This document shows positions 1 to 12,437 of a stretch of DNA of 64,000 nt, one piece after another. A model generated the notes under the pieces. That model did no database searches. It was not told where the DNA came from and was given only the letters and a program-made list of their open reading frames with translations. The position numbers and the translations under genes were made by a program. This stretch comes from Limnohabitans sp. Lineage in GTDB: Bacteria; Pseudomonadota; Gammaproteobacteria; Burkholderiales; Burkholderiaceae_C. Position 1 is the stretch's first letter. Every line of letters begins with the position of its first letter. Location of the stretch: contig NZ_JAYPVP010000002.1 in NCBI RefSeq assembly GCF_038134685.1, forward strand, positions 37,089-101,088, written 5' to 3'.

Positions 1-1507
1 CCACCGAGGCGGGCACAGGTGCATTGGGGGGACTGTTAAGGTCCAGGTTCAGTCCGGACAGACCCGCAGGCATGCCGGCCGGTGCGCTGGGCTCCATGCT
101 GGGTGGGGTGTTGGCTGTGGCTGGAATATCGTCATAAGACGGGGAGTAAGCCATGGCACCTGCATGGCCACGCTTGTGGCTGCGTCGTACCCACCATGCC
201 AAAGCGAACATGGCCGCCAGAAGTGCTGCCGCCCAGCCCATGGTGCGGGGGTCATTTTTGAGCTGCTCGAGCACATTGCTGGAGCTCTTGACATCGGGGG
301 CGGCTTCAGTGGGCTTGGCTTCGGGTTGGGGCAGGTTGACGCCCACGCCCGGGCCGGTTTCCTTGTTCTTGGCCAAATCCTGTAACTCGGCCATGTTTTT
401 CTGCAAGGCGTCGAGCTCTTTTTGCTTGTCCTGACCTTCTTGCTCTTTGGCAATTTTCACTTCCTGCCCATCGCTCACGGTGGCCTGGCTCAAGGTCAGT
501 CGGTCTGGCTTGCCTTCTGCTTCCTTGACGCTGGCTTCCGGCGCGGTCAGGCGACCGCTCATTTCGTTGGTGGAGGTCTGGTCCACTTGCACGGGCGAGC
601 GCGCCAGGCGCTGGGTGTAGGCGACGAAGTCGCGGGTTTGTGCAAGCACGATCTGGCGTGCTTCCTGGCGTGAGACGGTCTGGGCATCATTGGCTGAAGG
701 CATACGCAGACGCGTACCGGCGCGCACCAGGTTCACATTGCCGTCGATGAAAGCTTCAGGGTTGGCTTTGGCCATTGCGACCAGCATCTGGTCCAGGGAG
801 ACGCTCTCAGGCAAATTGCGCACCGCAATTTCAGAAGCGGTGTCGCCCGTGTTGACCTCTACCGGACCCTCGGCCCGTGAGCTGGCGCTATGGACTTGTG
901 CCGCGGGAGCCGACACGGCTGGCGCTGGCGAAACAGCTGGTGTCGAGGCTGCTGCAGGCGCATCAAACTTGTAGACGGGAACGCCATCGCTGTTGAGTAC
1001 GGGGACAGGCATCTTGTCAGCAGGCTGGGCTGTCTGCACCGGCAATTGCGCAGCCGCGACAGGCTCATTTGTGCGTTGCCGCTGCGGTGTGATGCTGTTG
1101 AGCAGCAAAGCGTAATTGCGCTTGAGTTTGCCGCCATTGCTCCATTGGGCCTGAAGAATCAGATCCAGAAAGGTGTCCTTGACTGGCTGGCGTCCCTGTA
1201 CCACGAGGAAGGGCAATCCTTCGCGTGTTTGAAGTGAGACCGTGGCACCTTGCAGGGCCGGGTTGAATTCCATGCCCGACTGGCTGAACAGGGCTGCGGG
1301 TGCCACCTGCGCTTGCAGACCGGACAGTTCTGCCGCGGTGGCGTCCACCACCGCGACTTCGGCATGCAGGGGATCACCCAAGCCGGACAACACTTGAAGA
1401 CGCCCCAGATTCAGAGCGTGGACAGGCAAGCTCCAGGCCGCAAGCACGAGCAAGGCAGTGCTGCTCACAGCCCATGTGATGCGGTGGTTTGAGCTTTTCT
1501 GGGCCAT
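1..1507 (-). CDS. fimV: FimV-like peptidoglycan-binding protein, N-terminal part (3' end runs off the window start)
   Basis: Minus frame is open from ATG 1507 to position 2; it is absent from the ORF track because there is no stop in the window. Hand translation: MAQKSSNHRITWAVSSTALLVLAAWSLPVHALNLGRLQVLSGLGDPLHAEV... (signal peptide plus FimV N-terminal motif), then VNTGDTASEIAVRNLPESVSLDQMLVAMAKANPEAFIDGNVNLVRAGTRLRMP (LysM/FimV-type motif). Lies downstream of asd as in many proteobacteria. Confidence 0.75.
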   Translation of the reverse strand, partial: MAQKSSNHRITWAVSSTALLVLAAWSLPVHALNLGRLQVLSGLGDPLHAEVAVVDATAAELSGLQAQVAPAALFSQSGMEFNPALQGATVSLQTREGLPFLVVQGRQPVKDTFLDLILQAQWSNGGKLKRNYALLLNSITPQRQRTNEPVAAAQLPVQTAQPADKMPVPVLNSDGVPVYKFDAPAAASTPAVSPAPAVSAPAAQVHSASSRAEGPVEVNTGDTASEIAVRNLPESVSLDQMLVAMAKANPEAFIDGNVNLVRAGTRLRMPSANDAQTVSRQEARQIVLAQTRDFVAYTQRLARSPVQVDQTSTNEMSGRLTAPEASVKEAEGKPDRLTLSQATVSDGQEVKIAKEQEGQDKQKELDALQKNMAELQDLAKNKETGPGVGVNLPQPEAKPTEAAPDVKSSSNVLEQLKNDPRTMGWAAALLAAMFALAWWVRRSHKRGHAGAMAYSPSYDDIPATANTPPSMEPSAPAGMPAGLSGLNLDLNSPPNAPVPASV

Positions 1508-1558
1508 GTTGTACTTCCCTGAATCTTGTTATGTGAACGACTTTGGCCTGAGGCGCGC

Positions 1559-2689
1559 TTATGCGTCCAGCAGGATGCGCAGCATGCGGCGCAGCGGTTC
1601 TGCCGCGCCCCACAGCAGCTGATCGCCAATGGTAAACGCGCCGACGTATTCCGGGCCCATGGCCAGTTTACGGATACGACCCACTGGAATGGTCATCGTG
1701 CCGGTCACGGCCACAGGCGTCAAGTCCTGCAGTGTGGCTTCGCGGGTGTTGGGCACCACTTTGACCCACTCGTTATCGGCGGCAATCATGGCCTCGATAT
1801 CGGCCACGGGCACGTCTTTTTTCAGCTTGAAGGTCAGCGCCTGGCTGTGACAACGCATGGCGCCCACGCGCACGCAGAAACCGTCCACCGGAATGGCTGC
1901 AGAGCCAAAGCCTTCGCCCAGACCCAAAATCTTGTTGGTCTCAGCCATGCCTTTCCACTCTTCCTTGGATTGGCCGTTGCCCAGGTCTTTGTCGATCCAG
2001 GGGATCAGCGAGCCACCCAGGGGCACCCCAAAGTTGGCGGTCTCGGCACCGGTCAAGGCGCGCTGCTTGGCGATCACCTTGCGGTCGATTTCCAGAATCG
2101 CGCTCTTGGGGTCGTCCAGCAGGGCTTTGACTTCGGCGTTGAGCGTGCCGTATTGCGTGAGCAATTCGCGCATGTGCTGTGCGCCGCCGCCAGATGCAGC
2201 CTGGTAGGTTTGGGTGCTCATCCATTCGACGAGCCCTGCCTTGTACAGAGCGCCCACGCCCATCAGCATGCACGAGACGGTGCAGTTGCCGCCGACCCAG
2301 TTGTTACCACCCTTGGCCAGAGCGTTCTTGATCACGGGCATGTTGACCGGATCGAGCACGATCACGGCATTGCCTTCCATGCGCAGGGTGGAAGCGGCGT
2401 CGATCCAGTGGCCGTTCCAGCCAGCTGCGCGCAGCTTGGGGAAGACTGCGCTGGTGTAGTCGCCGCCTTGGGCGGTGATGATGATGTCGCAGCGCTTGAG
2501 AGCCTCGATGTTGTGCGCATCTTGCAGCACAGTCTCGTTCTTGGCCATGGCGGGGGCTTTGCCGCCAGCGTTGGAGGTGGAGAAAAAGACCGGCTCAATC
2601 AGGTCAAAATCTTTCTCGGCAACCATGCGGTCCATCAGAACCGAGCCGACCATGCCGCGCCAGCCGACCAAACCTACCAACTTGCTCAT
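1559..2689 (-). CDS. asd: aspartate-semialdehyde dehydrogenase
   Basis: 376-aa [25 protein letters not shown]... with active-site region [12 protein letters not shown]; full-length resemblance to Gram-negative Asd. Confidence 0.95.
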   Translation of the reverse strand: MSKLVGLVGWRGMVGSVLMDRMVAEKDFDLIEPVFFSTSNAGGKAPAMAKNETVLQDAHNIEALKRCDIIITAQGGDYTSAVFPKLRAAGWNGHWIDAASTLRMEGNAVIVLDPVNMPVIKNALAKGGNNWVGGNCTVSCMLMGVGALYKAGLVEWMSTQTYQAASGGGAQHMRELLTQYGTLNAEVKALLDDPKSAILEIDRKVIAKQRALTGAETANFGVPLGGSLIPWIDKDLGNGQSKEEWKGMAETNKILGLGEGFGSAAIPVDGFCVRVGAMRCHSQALTFKLKKDVPVADIEAMIAADNEWVKVVPNTREATLQDLTPVAVTGTMTIPVGRIRKLAMGPEYVGAFTIGDQLLWGAAEPLRRMLRILLDA

Positions 2690-2919
2690 TTCAATGCCCT
2701 TTCAAAGTTTCAAACAGTGCCACGCCTGACTGTCTTGCCCGGCTCGTCTGGCCGGGTTGGGCGCACGACAAGCCAGAGCCGTTCAGCCCTTAATGGTCGT
2801 GGTTTTGGTGGAGATTGCGCGCACGCCAACGGCCACCGTGGTGGTGACAGCAAGATTCGGCGTGAACAGGCGTGCGGCAAACATGGGTGCAGATTGTAAA
2901 GGAAAGGCTTGGCCCGCCC

Positions 2920-3987
<1,068 letters not shown>

Positions 3988-4059
3988 GTTGAGAGGCGAG
4001 CACGCTCGCAAGAGAATAAGAGTGTTGGGAGCAAATCATTATTTTAGGTGGACTCCACA

Positions 4060-4330
4060 TCAAGCGGATGGTGTGAATTTCACTTCAAACTGCAAGAAGT
4101 CGGTCAGCCGCTTTGATTCTGCAACGTCATCGTACTGCTCAAGCAAGTAGCGCCAAGGTTTGCTACCCACTGATGCCGTGTAGTCAGATGCATGTTTACA
4201 CCAGCGCGATGCTGCCGCTGCCTCAACCTCAACCTGATGCGGGTTCAGATCGACTTGCTAGTCTACCAAGGTGGAGGCGAGCGACTCGACTGAATCCCCC
4301 GCTGTTCGATGAGTCAGCAACCACGCGTAG
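4060..4330 (-). pseudogene. stop-interrupted ORF debris downstream of the Fic gene (unidentified gene remnant)
   Basis: Hand translation of one minus frame: *YYAWLLTHRTAGDSVESLASTLVD*QVDLNPHQVEVEAAAASRWCKHASDYTASVGSKPWRYLLEQYDDVAESKRLTDFLQFEVKFTPSA*. It has no Met and carries in-frame stops. Family not recognised. Confidence 0.2.
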
Positions 4331-4365
4331 TACTAGCTTTGGTGTGGTGTCAGCACTGGGTGCAT

Positions 4366-5427
4366 TCAGCTCTTTCCCTCCGCTTGGACTTGCGCCCACT
4401 TGGCGCTTCGGCCTTTGCCCATGGGTGCAATCAGCCCCTCAGCTTTCATGGCACGTAGCACCAGTCTGACGGTATCGCGGCTGATGCCGGGGCAGGCTTC
4501 TTCGATGTCGGTGATAGAGAAGGGTAGCTGGCGTTTGAGGATTTCTGCACGCACACGGTCGCCCTTGGTGCCGCGTCCACGCTCGATGGTGCCCACACGT
4601 TCTTCAAACTCTTTGTAGGCGCGCAGCAGAGCACCCCAAAAATAGTCCAGCCAAGGGGCAATGTTGTGCTCACCCTCGTGCCAGCCTTGCGAGCTGGCCT
4701 CCAGCGTTTCGTAGTAGCTCTCTTTTGTTTCTTCGAAGATGCGTTCCAGGCTGATGAAGCGGCCCACGGCGTAGTCAAAGTGGTAGAGCAACTGCAGGGT
4801 CAGCAGTCGCGCCATGCGGCCATTGCCATCTGGGAAAGGGTGAATACACAGGAAGTCGAGGATGGTCAACGGCACGAGCACCAAGGGGTCTGCCATGTGT
4901 TGATCTAACGCCAAGCGATAGCGCGCCATCAAATCCGCCATGGCCATGGGCGTCAGGTGCGCGGCCACGGGTCGGAAACGAATGCGAGAGGTGCCATCGG
5001 GGTGGCGCTCGATGATGTCGTTGTTGGTCGCCTTCCAGTGCCCACCCGGCTGTGGCATGTAGCGGTACAGCATACTGTGCAGTTGCAGCACAGTACCTTC
5101 CGAAAACGGCATTTGTTCGCCGCTTTCGTGGATCAGACCCAAGGCGTCGCAGTAACCTGCTACCTCCTGCTCGGAACGGCTTTGTGGCGTGGCGTTCTTG
5201 AGCACCAAGGACTTGAGTCGATGGGCCGCCACCACTACGCCCTCCAGGCGGTTCGACGACTCGGTGGATTCGACCACTGCGACTTGCTGCAGACCACCCA
5301 AAACCTCGGGTGATTGAGCGACAAATAGCTGCTGCTTGCCTCTGTATTCCCCCAATGCGCGCAGCGTTGCTAACTGCTGCGCACCAAAGCGAAGCTTGGC
5401 AAGGTATTCGGGTAGCAGGGAGTGCAT
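4366..5427 (-). CDS. Fic family protein (AMPylase-type, in-cis inhibitory helix, C-terminal winged-helix-like domain)
   Basis: 353 aa. Fic motif HPFPDGNGRMARLL; upstream SxxxEG inhibitory motif in STESSNRLEGV; basic/helical C-terminal tail (...DTVRLVLRAMKAEGLIAPMGKGRSAKW). Visibly lower GC than the leu genes. Confidence 0.9.
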   Translation of the reverse strand: MHSLLPEYLAKLRFGAQQLATLRALGEYRGKQQLFVAQSPEVLGGLQQVAVVESTESSNRLEGVVVAAHRLKSLVLKNATPQSRSEQEVAGYCDALGLIHESGEQMPFSEGTVLQLHSMLYRYMPQPGGHWKATNNDIIERHPDGTSRIRFRPVAAHLTPMAMADLMARYRLALDQHMADPLVLVPLTILDFLCIHPFPDGNGRMARLLTLQLLYHFDYAVGRFISLERIFEETKESYYETLEASSQGWHEGEHNIAPWLDYFWGALLRAYKEFEERVGTIERGRGTKGDRVRAEILKRQLPFSITDIEEACPGISRDTVRLVLRAMKAEGLIAPMGKGRSAKWAQVQAEGKS

Positions 5428-5468
5428 TCAATAGCATTCAAAAATAAGATATTGGGGGAATGCTATCC

Positions 5469-5502
5469 GAAAAAATGGGGTATTCAGCTTAATGAATACC
5501 CC
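5469..5502 (-). terminator. intrinsic terminator after leuD
   Basis: On the minus strand: GGGGTATTCA-ttaagc-TGAATACCCC followed by ATTTTTTCGG, starting about 20 nt after the leuD stop. Confidence 0.6.
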
Positions 5503-5524
5503 AATTAAGGTCCCATTACCCCAT

Positions 5525-6172
5525 TTAAGCCATGTGCGCCAACCAGGGCTTGGTCGCCAGTCGTTCGGCTTCAAAAGCCTTGATTTTGTCGGCATGGCGC
5601 AAAGTCAGGCCGATGTCGTCAAAGCCGTTGAGCAGGCAGTATTTGCGGAAAGGGATCACGTCAAACGGGATCTCTTCGCCTTGCGGGCGCACGATGACCT
5701 GACGTTCCAGGTCGATGGTCAGTTCGTAGCCGGGGAAGGCTGCGACTTCGTTGAACAGCTGGTCCACGGTGGACTCGGGCAGCACGATGGGCAGCAGGCC
5801 GTTCTTGAAGCAGTTGTTGAAGAAGATGTCGGCAAAGCTGGGCGCGATGATGGCACGGAAACCGTACTGATCAATCGCCCAGGGCGCGTGTTCGCGGCTG
5901 GAGCCGCAGCCGAAGTTCTTGCGGGCCAGCAGGATGCTGGCACCCTTGTAACGCGGCTGGTTGAGCACGAAGTCCGGGTTGGGTTTGCGGTCGCTTTCGG
6001 GCACGCCGGGTTGGCCGGGCTGGTCCAGATAACGCCACTCATCGAACAGGTTGGGGCCAAAGCCGGTCTTGCGGATGGATTTGAGGAACTGCTTGGGGAT
6101 GATGGCGTCGGTGTCCACGTTGGCGCGGTCCATCGGGGCCACCAGGCCTTTGTGAAGGGTGAATTTCTGCAT
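5525..6172 (-). CDS. leuD: 3-isopropylmalate dehydratase small subunit
   Basis: 215 aa, [31 protein letters not shown]...; 12 nt after leuC. Confidence 0.95.
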   Translation of the reverse strand: MQKFTLHKGLVAPMDRANVDTDAIIPKQFLKSIRKTGFGPNLFDEWRYLDQPGQPGVPESDRKPNPDFVLNQPRYKGASILLARKNFGCGSSREHAPWAIDQYGFRAIIAPSFADIFFNNCFKNGLLPIVLPESTVDQLFNEVAAFPGYELTIDLERQVIVRPQGEEIPFDVIPFRKYCLLNGFDDIGLTLRHADKIKAFEAERLATKPWLAHMA

Positions 6173-6184
6173 GTCTGTAACCCT

Positions 6185-7606
6185 TTAAGCGAATTTGCGC
6201 ACGTCCACAAAGTGGCCGTGGATGGCGGCGGCAGCGGCCATGGCGGGGCTGACCAAGTGGGTGCGGCCCCCGGCGCCTTGACGGCCTTCGAAGTTGCGGT
6301 TGCTGGTGGAAGCGCAGCGTTCTCCGGGCTCCAGGCGGTCGGCGTTCATGGCCAGGCACATCGAGCAGCCGGGCTCGCGCCACTCAAAGCCAGCGGCCTT
6401 GAAAATCTCGTGCAGGCCTTCGGCTTCGGCTTGGGCTTTGACCAGACCTGAGCCGGGCACGACCATGGCCAGTTTGACGTTCTTGGCCACTTTCTGGCCG
6501 AGCTTTTTGACCACGGCGGCGGCCTCGCGCATGTCTTCGATGCGGCTGTTGGTGCACGAGCCGATGAAAATTTTGTCCACGGTGATGTCGCTCACGGCTT
6601 TGCCCGGTTGCAGCGCCATGTAGGTCAGGGCGCGCTCGATGGCACCGCGCTTGACGTCGTCTTTTTCCTTGTCGGGGTCGGGCACGGTGCCGTCAATGCC
6701 CAGCACCATCTCGGGCGAGGTGCCCCAAGTGACTTGCGGCACGATTTGGGTGGCGTCCAGTTCCACCACGGCGTCGAACTTGGCGCCGTCGTCGGAGTGC
6801 AGTGTTTTCCAGTAGGTCACGGCCTGGTCCCATTCCACGCCCGTGGGCGAGAGCAGGCGACCCTTGACGTAGTCGATGGTCTTGTCGTCCACCGCCACCA
6901 GCCCGGCGCGGGCACCGGCTTCGATGGCCATGTTGCACACCGTCATGCGGCCTTCCATGCTCAGGGCGCGGATGGCGCTGCCGGCAAACTCGATGGTGTA
7001 GCCGGTGCCGCCAGCGGTGCCGATTTTGCCAATGATGGCCAGCACGATGTCCTTGGCGGTCACGCCGGGGGCCACCTGGCCCTCGACCTTGACCAGCATG
7101 TTCTGGGCCTTTTTGGCCAGCAGGGTCTGGGTGGCCATGACGTGCTCGACCTCGGAAGTGCCGATGCCGTGGGCCAGTGCGCCAAAGGCGCCGTGAGTCG
7201 AGGTGTGCGAGTCGCCGCAGACCACGGTCATGCCGGGCAGGGTGGCGCCGTTTTCCGGGCCGATCACGTGCACGATGCCCTGGCGCTTGGACATGAAGGG
7301 GAAGAAGGCGGCCGAGCCGAATTCGGCGATGTTCGCGTCCAGCGTGGTGATCTGTTCCTTGCTGATCGGGTCGGTGATGCCGTCGTAGCCCAGCTCCCAG
7401 CCGGTGGTGGGGGTGTTGTGGTCGGCGGTGGCGACGATGGAGCTGACGCGCCAGACTTTGCGACCCGCCTGGCGGATGCCTTCAAAGGCCTGGGGGCTGG
7501 TGACTTCATGGACCAGGTGGCGGTCGATGTAGAGGACGGCGGTGCCGTCTTCTTCGGTGTGGACGACGTGTTCGTCAAAAATCTTGTCGTAAAGCGTGCG
7601 GGCCAT
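6185..7606 (-). CDS. leuC: 3-isopropylmalate dehydratase large subunit
   Basis: ORF 6185..7636. Conserved start [15 protein letters not shown] at ATG 7606, preceded by AAGGA. Aconitase-family Cys motifs ([20 protein letters not shown]). Confidence 0.95.
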   Translation of the reverse strand: MARTLYDKIFDEHVVHTEEDGTAVLYIDRHLVHEVTSPQAFEGIRQAGRKVWRVSSIVATADHNTPTTGWELGYDGITDPISKEQITTLDANIAEFGSAAFFPFMSKRQGIVHVIGPENGATLPGMTVVCGDSHTSTHGAFGALAHGIGTSEVEHVMATQTLLAKKAQNMLVKVEGQVAPGVTAKDIVLAIIGKIGTAGGTGYTIEFAGSAIRALSMEGRMTVCNMAIEAGARAGLVAVDDKTIDYVKGRLLSPTGVEWDQAVTYWKTLHSDDGAKFDAVVELDATQIVPQVTWGTSPEMVLGIDGTVPDPDKEKDDVKRGAIERALTYMALQPGKAVSDITVDKIFIGSCTNSRIEDMREAAAVVKKLGQKVAKNVKLAMVVPGSGLVKAQAEAEGLHEIFKAAGFEWREPGCSMCLAMNADRLEPGERCASTSNRNFEGRQGAGGRTHLVSPAMAAAAAIHGHFVDVRKFA

Positions 7607-7767
7607 GGGGCGAGTCCTTCTTAGCAAGCCTGCCATTTTATGCGTTTGCGGCGTGTGTCGATGGGTGGAGATGGCAGCCTTTGGCGTCTCTCCCAGCCGC
7701 TGCGCGTCAGAACGTCGGGCCGCCAGAGCCCACCATCCCCACCCATCTGCCTTCGTGCTTGGGAATG

Positions 7768-7794
7768 AAAAAAGCCCGCCACATGTGGCGGGCT
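7768..7794 (-). terminator. intrinsic terminator after gltA
   Basis: Minus strand: AGCCCGCCACATGTGGCGGGCT hairpin followed by TTTTTTC, about 20 nt after the gltA stop. Confidence 0.65.
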
Positions 7795-7816
7795 TGTGTG
7801 CGCAGCAGCGCAGCGC

Positions 7817-9109
<1,293 letters not shown>

Positions 9110-9151
9110 GGTCGGGTTCCTTGAGGTAAAACGGGCTGGCCCCAAATTGGA

Positions 9152-9445
9152 TCAATCTCGGAGCATGTTCAGGACTTGGCGCACCTCATCGGTGCTGATC
9201 TCGGGCTGCAACTCCTTGCGGCGCAGCAGCAAGTCCATGAGATCGTTGTCGGACAGGTCCATCAGTGTGTACATGCCGCGTGCCTGACCCACGGTCATGC
9301 AAGAAGCGTGCTTGTCGAAGAAACGCTCGATGAACAAATCGTTTTCGAGCAGGCCACGCCGGCAGCGCCAGCGCAGCTTGCTCAGAGACCGCTCGCTCAA
9401 AGGGGCGTGCTGATCCTGACCGTTCAAGGTTTCGTCGGCCAACAT
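9152..9445 (-). CDS. sdhE: FAD assembly factor SdhE (DUF339)
   Basis: 97 aa. RWRCRRGLLENDLFIERF carries the conserved RGxxE motif of SdhE/YgfY. Lies between sdhB and gltA. Confidence 0.85.
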   Translation of the reverse strand: MLADETLNGQDQHAPLSERSLSKLRWRCRRGLLENDLFIERFFDKHASCMTVGQARGMYTLMDLSDNDLMDLLLRRKELQPEISTDEVRQVLNMLRD

Positions 9446-9469
9446 GTGGGTTCTGTCCGGGCTTTGGGG

Positions 9470-10174
9470 TCAGACGGCGCGGCGCACCATCAATTCCTTG
9501 ATCTTGCCAATCGCCTTGGTGGGGTTCAGACCTTTCGGGCAAACGTCCACGCAGTTCATGATGGTGTGGCAACGGAAGAGACGGTAAGGGTCTTCCAGGT
9601 TGTCAAGACGCTCTGCGGTGGCCTGGTCGCGGCTGTCGGCGATGAAGCGGTAGGCCTGCAGCAGACCGGCGGGGCCCACAAACTTGTCGGGGTTCCACCA
9701 GAAGCTGGGGCAGCTGGTCGAGCAGCTGGCGCACAAGATGCACTCGTACAGGCCGTTGAGCTCGTCGCGCTCTTCGGGGCTTTGCAGACGCTCGGTGTCT
9801 GGGGCCTGGTCGTGGTTGATCAGGTAGGGCTTGACCGAGTGGTACTGCTTGAAGAACTGCGTCATGTCCACGATCAGGTCGCGCACCACGGGCAGGCCAG
9901 GCAGCGGTTTGAGGACGATGTCGCCCTTGAGCGTGTTCAGATTGGTCAGGCAGGCCAGGCCGTTCTTGCCATTGATGTTCATGGCGTCCGAGCCACACAC
10001 GCCTTCGCGGCAGGAGCGACGGAAAGACAGCGTGGGGTCCGCAGCCTTGAGCTTGACCAGGGCGTCGAGCAGCATGCGCTCGGAGCCGTCGAGCTCGATG
10101 TCCAGGCTTTGCATATAAGGCTTGGCATCCTTGTCCGGATCGTAGCGGTAGATCTTGAATGTACGTTTTGCCAT
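9470..10174 (-). CDS. sdhB: succinate dehydrogenase iron-sulfur subunit
   Basis: 234 aa. Cys clusters [33 protein letters not shown] and [14 protein letters not shown]. Confidence 0.95.
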   Translation of the reverse strand: MAKRTFKIYRYDPDKDAKPYMQSLDIELDGSERMLLDALVKLKAADPTLSFRRSCREGVCGSDAMNINGKNGLACLTNLNTLKGDIVLKPLPGLPVVRDLIVDMTQFFKQYHSVKPYLINHDQAPDTERLQSPEERDELNGLYECILCASCSTSCPSFWWNPDKFVGPAGLLQAYRFIADSRDQATAERLDNLEDPYRLFRCHTIMNCVDVCPKGLNPTKAIGKIKELMVRRAV

Positions 10175-10206
10175 TTTTCAGATTCCTTGTTTTCTAACGT
10201 TCCGGA

Positions 10207-12012
10207 TCAGAAGGTACGGGGTTTCGGCGGCACGGTTTCGGCCGTCAGAGGTTTCATGCGCACAGGCTTGTAGCTCAGGCGGTTGTTTTCGCTGTGCCAC
10301 AGGGTGTGTTTCATCCACTCGGCGTCGTTGCGGCCCAGCGGGCAGGTGGGGTGGGTCACGTCGTGTTCGTAGTCACGCACCAGGTGGGCGCCGCGACACT
10401 CTTTACGGGCAGCCGCACTTTCCATGGTGGCCTGGGCGGCTTCCATGAGGTTTTCCACTTCCAGCGCTTCGATACGGGCTGTGTTGAACACCTTGGAGGT
10501 GTCTTGCAGACCGATGTTGGCCACGCGCGAACGCAGGGCGGCAATCTTGCGAACGCCTTCGTCCATGGTTTCCTGGCTGCGGAACACGCCGGCGTGAGCT
10601 TGCATGATGGCGCGCATGTCGTTGGCGATGTCCTGGGCGTATTCGCCGCTGGAAGCAGCTTCCAGGCGGTTCAGGCGGGCCAGGGTGGCGTCTGAGGCGC
10701 TGGCGGGCAGATCAGCTTGGGCTGCACCGGCCTTGGTGTTGGCGATGATGTGGTCGCCAGCGGCCTTGCCGAAGACCAGCAAGTCCAGCAAGGAGTTGGT
10801 GCCCAGTCGGTTGGCGCCGTGCACCGACACGCAAGAGCACTCGCCCACGGCGTACAGGCCTTTGATGGGCTTGTCTTCGCCGTTGATGTTTTCAACCACC
10901 TGGCCATTGATGTTGGTGGGGATGCCGCCCATCTGGTAGTGGATGGTGGGCACAACCGGAATCGGCTCTTTGGTGATGTCGACGTTGGCGAAGTTGTGGC
11001 CGATTTCTTCCACGGAGGGCAGACGCTTGCGAATGGTGTCGGCGCCCAGGTGGTCGAGCTTCATGAAGATGAAGTCCTTGTTGGGGCCGCAACCACGGCC
11101 TTCCAGGATTTCCTGGCCCATGCAGCGGGACACGAAGTCGCGCGGTGCCAAGTCTTTCAGGGTAGGCGCATAGCGCTCCATGAAGCGCTCGCCATTGCTG
11201 TTGAGCAAGATGGCACCTTCACCGCGGCAGCCTTCGGTCAGCAGCACGCCCGCGCCGGCCACGCCGGTGGGGTGGAATTGCCAGAACTCCATGTCCTGTA
11301 GCGGGATACCTGCGCGAGCAGCCATGCCCAGGCCATCACCGGTGTTGATGAAGGCGTTGGTGGAGGATTGGAAGATGCGGCCAGCGCCACCGGTGGCAAA
11401 CAGCACGGTCTGTGCTTGCAGGGTGTACAGGTCGCCAGTTTCCATTTCGAGGGCGGTCACGCCGACCACATCGCCTTCGGCGTTGCGGATCAGGTCCAAT
11501 GCCATCCATTCCACGAAGAAGGTGGTGCGGGCTGCCACGTTGGCCTGGTACAGGGTGTGCAGCATGGCGTGGCCGGTACGGTCAGCTGCAGCACAGGCGC
11601 GTTGCACCGGCTTTTCGCCAAAGTTGGCGGTGTGGCCGCCGAACGGGCGCTGGTAGATGGTGCCGTCAGGGTTGCGGTCGAAGGGCATGCCCATGTGCTC
11701 GAGTTCGTAAACGACTTTCGGCGCTTCACGGCACATGAATTCGATGGCGTCCTGGTCGCCCAGCCAGTCGGAGCCCTTGACGGTGTCGTAGAAGTGGTAT
11801 TCCCAGTTGTCGTCGGACATATTGCCCAGCGAGGCGGACACGCCACCTTGGGCGGCCACGGTGTGCGAACGGGTGGGGAACACTTTGGACAGGACGGCCA
11901 CATTCAGGCCGGCACGGGCCAGTTGCAGCGAGGCACGCATGCCCGAGCCACCGGCGCCGACGATGACAACGTCGAACTTGCGGTTGGCGATTTGGTCTTT
12001 GGTATAGCTCAT
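10207..12012 (-). CDS. sdhA: succinate dehydrogenase flavoprotein subunit
   Basis: ORF 10207..12021 begins with TTG; ATG 12012 (MSYTKDQ...) preferred. FAD motif DVVIVGAGGSGMRA and RSHTVAAQGG (histidyl-FAD site). Confidence 0.95.
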   Translation of the reverse strand: MSYTKDQIANRKFDVVIVGAGGSGMRASLQLARAGLNVAVLSKVFPTRSHTVAAQGGVSASLGNMSDDNWEYHFYDTVKGSDWLGDQDAIEFMCREAPKVVYELEHMGMPFDRNPDGTIYQRPFGGHTANFGEKPVQRACAAADRTGHAMLHTLYQANVAARTTFFVEWMALDLIRNAEGDVVGVTALEMETGDLYTLQAQTVLFATGGAGRIFQSSTNAFINTGDGLGMAARAGIPLQDMEFWQFHPTGVAGAGVLLTEGCRGEGAILLNSNGERFMERYAPTLKDLAPRDFVSRCMGQEILEGRGCGPNKDFIFMKLDHLGADTIRKRLPSVEEIGHNFANVDITKEPIPVVPTIHYQMGGIPTNINGQVVENINGEDKPIKGLYAVGECSCVSVHGANRLGTNSLLDLLVFGKAAGDHIIANTKAGAAQADLPASASDATLARLNRLEAASSGEYAQDIANDMRAIMQAHAGVFRSQETMDEGVRKIAALRSRVANIGLQDTSKVFNTARIEALEVENLMEAAQATMESAAARKECRGAHLVRDYEHDVTHPTCPLGRNDAEWMKHTLWHSENNRLSYKPVRMKPLTAETVPPKPRTF

Positions 12013-12052
12013 GGTCTTCAATCAGTGAGAGGTACGCGAAGAAGGGCGACGA

Positions 12053-12418
12053 TTACAGACGCCACAGCACCTGGACGGCCCAGCCGGCACAGCCGACCAG
12101 CCACACAATGGCAAACACCTGCAGCGACAGGCGGATGCCCACGGGCTGGATGTAGTCCATGAAAATGTCACGCACACCCACCCACACGTGCCACAGCAGG
12201 GCCACGATGACGGCAAAGGTGAGGAACTTCATCCATTGGGGGGCGAAGATGCCGGCCCACTGTTCGTAGCCGATGGGGCCGGAGGTGAAGATCACCTGAG
12301 CCAGTACCACCAGGGTGAACAGGGCCATGAGGGCGCCGGTAACGCGCTGCGCGAGCCAGTCGCGCAGACCATAGTGAGCGCCGACGACGATGCGCTTGGA
12401 GCCGTAATTGACGGACAT
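12053..12418 (-). CDS. sdhD: succinate dehydrogenase hydrophobic membrane anchor subunit
   Basis: 121 aa, hydrophobic with three apparent TM segments; positioned between sdhC and sdhA. Confidence 0.85.
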   Translation of the reverse strand: MSVNYGSKRIVVGAHYGLRDWLAQRVTGALMALFTLVVLAQVIFTSGPIGYEQWAGIFAPQWMKFLTFAVIVALLWHVWVGVRDIFMDYIQPVGIRLSLQVFAIVWLVGCAGWAVQVLWRL

Positions 12419-12437
12419 GTTGTTTGCTCCTGGTGAA

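Noticed and set aside
2783-2884. 33-codon minus-strand ORF (MFAARLFTPNLAVTTTVAVGVRAISTKTTTIKG) in the 230-bp leuB-asd spacer
   Set aside because: No Shine-Dalgarno, no recognisable family, and a weak -35. I noted it only because a TTTACAAT-N8-ATG arrangement resembles the orn/M48 leaders. It needs conservation or Ribo-seq evidence before being called.
4113-4469. 118-aa plus-strand ORF overlapping the 3' end of the Fic gene, considered as a possible antitoxin or partner
   Set aside because: It has Pro/Ser/Leu-rich low-information sequence, overlaps Fic antisense by about 100 nt, and has no SD or motif. The Fic protein already carries its inhibitory helix in cis.
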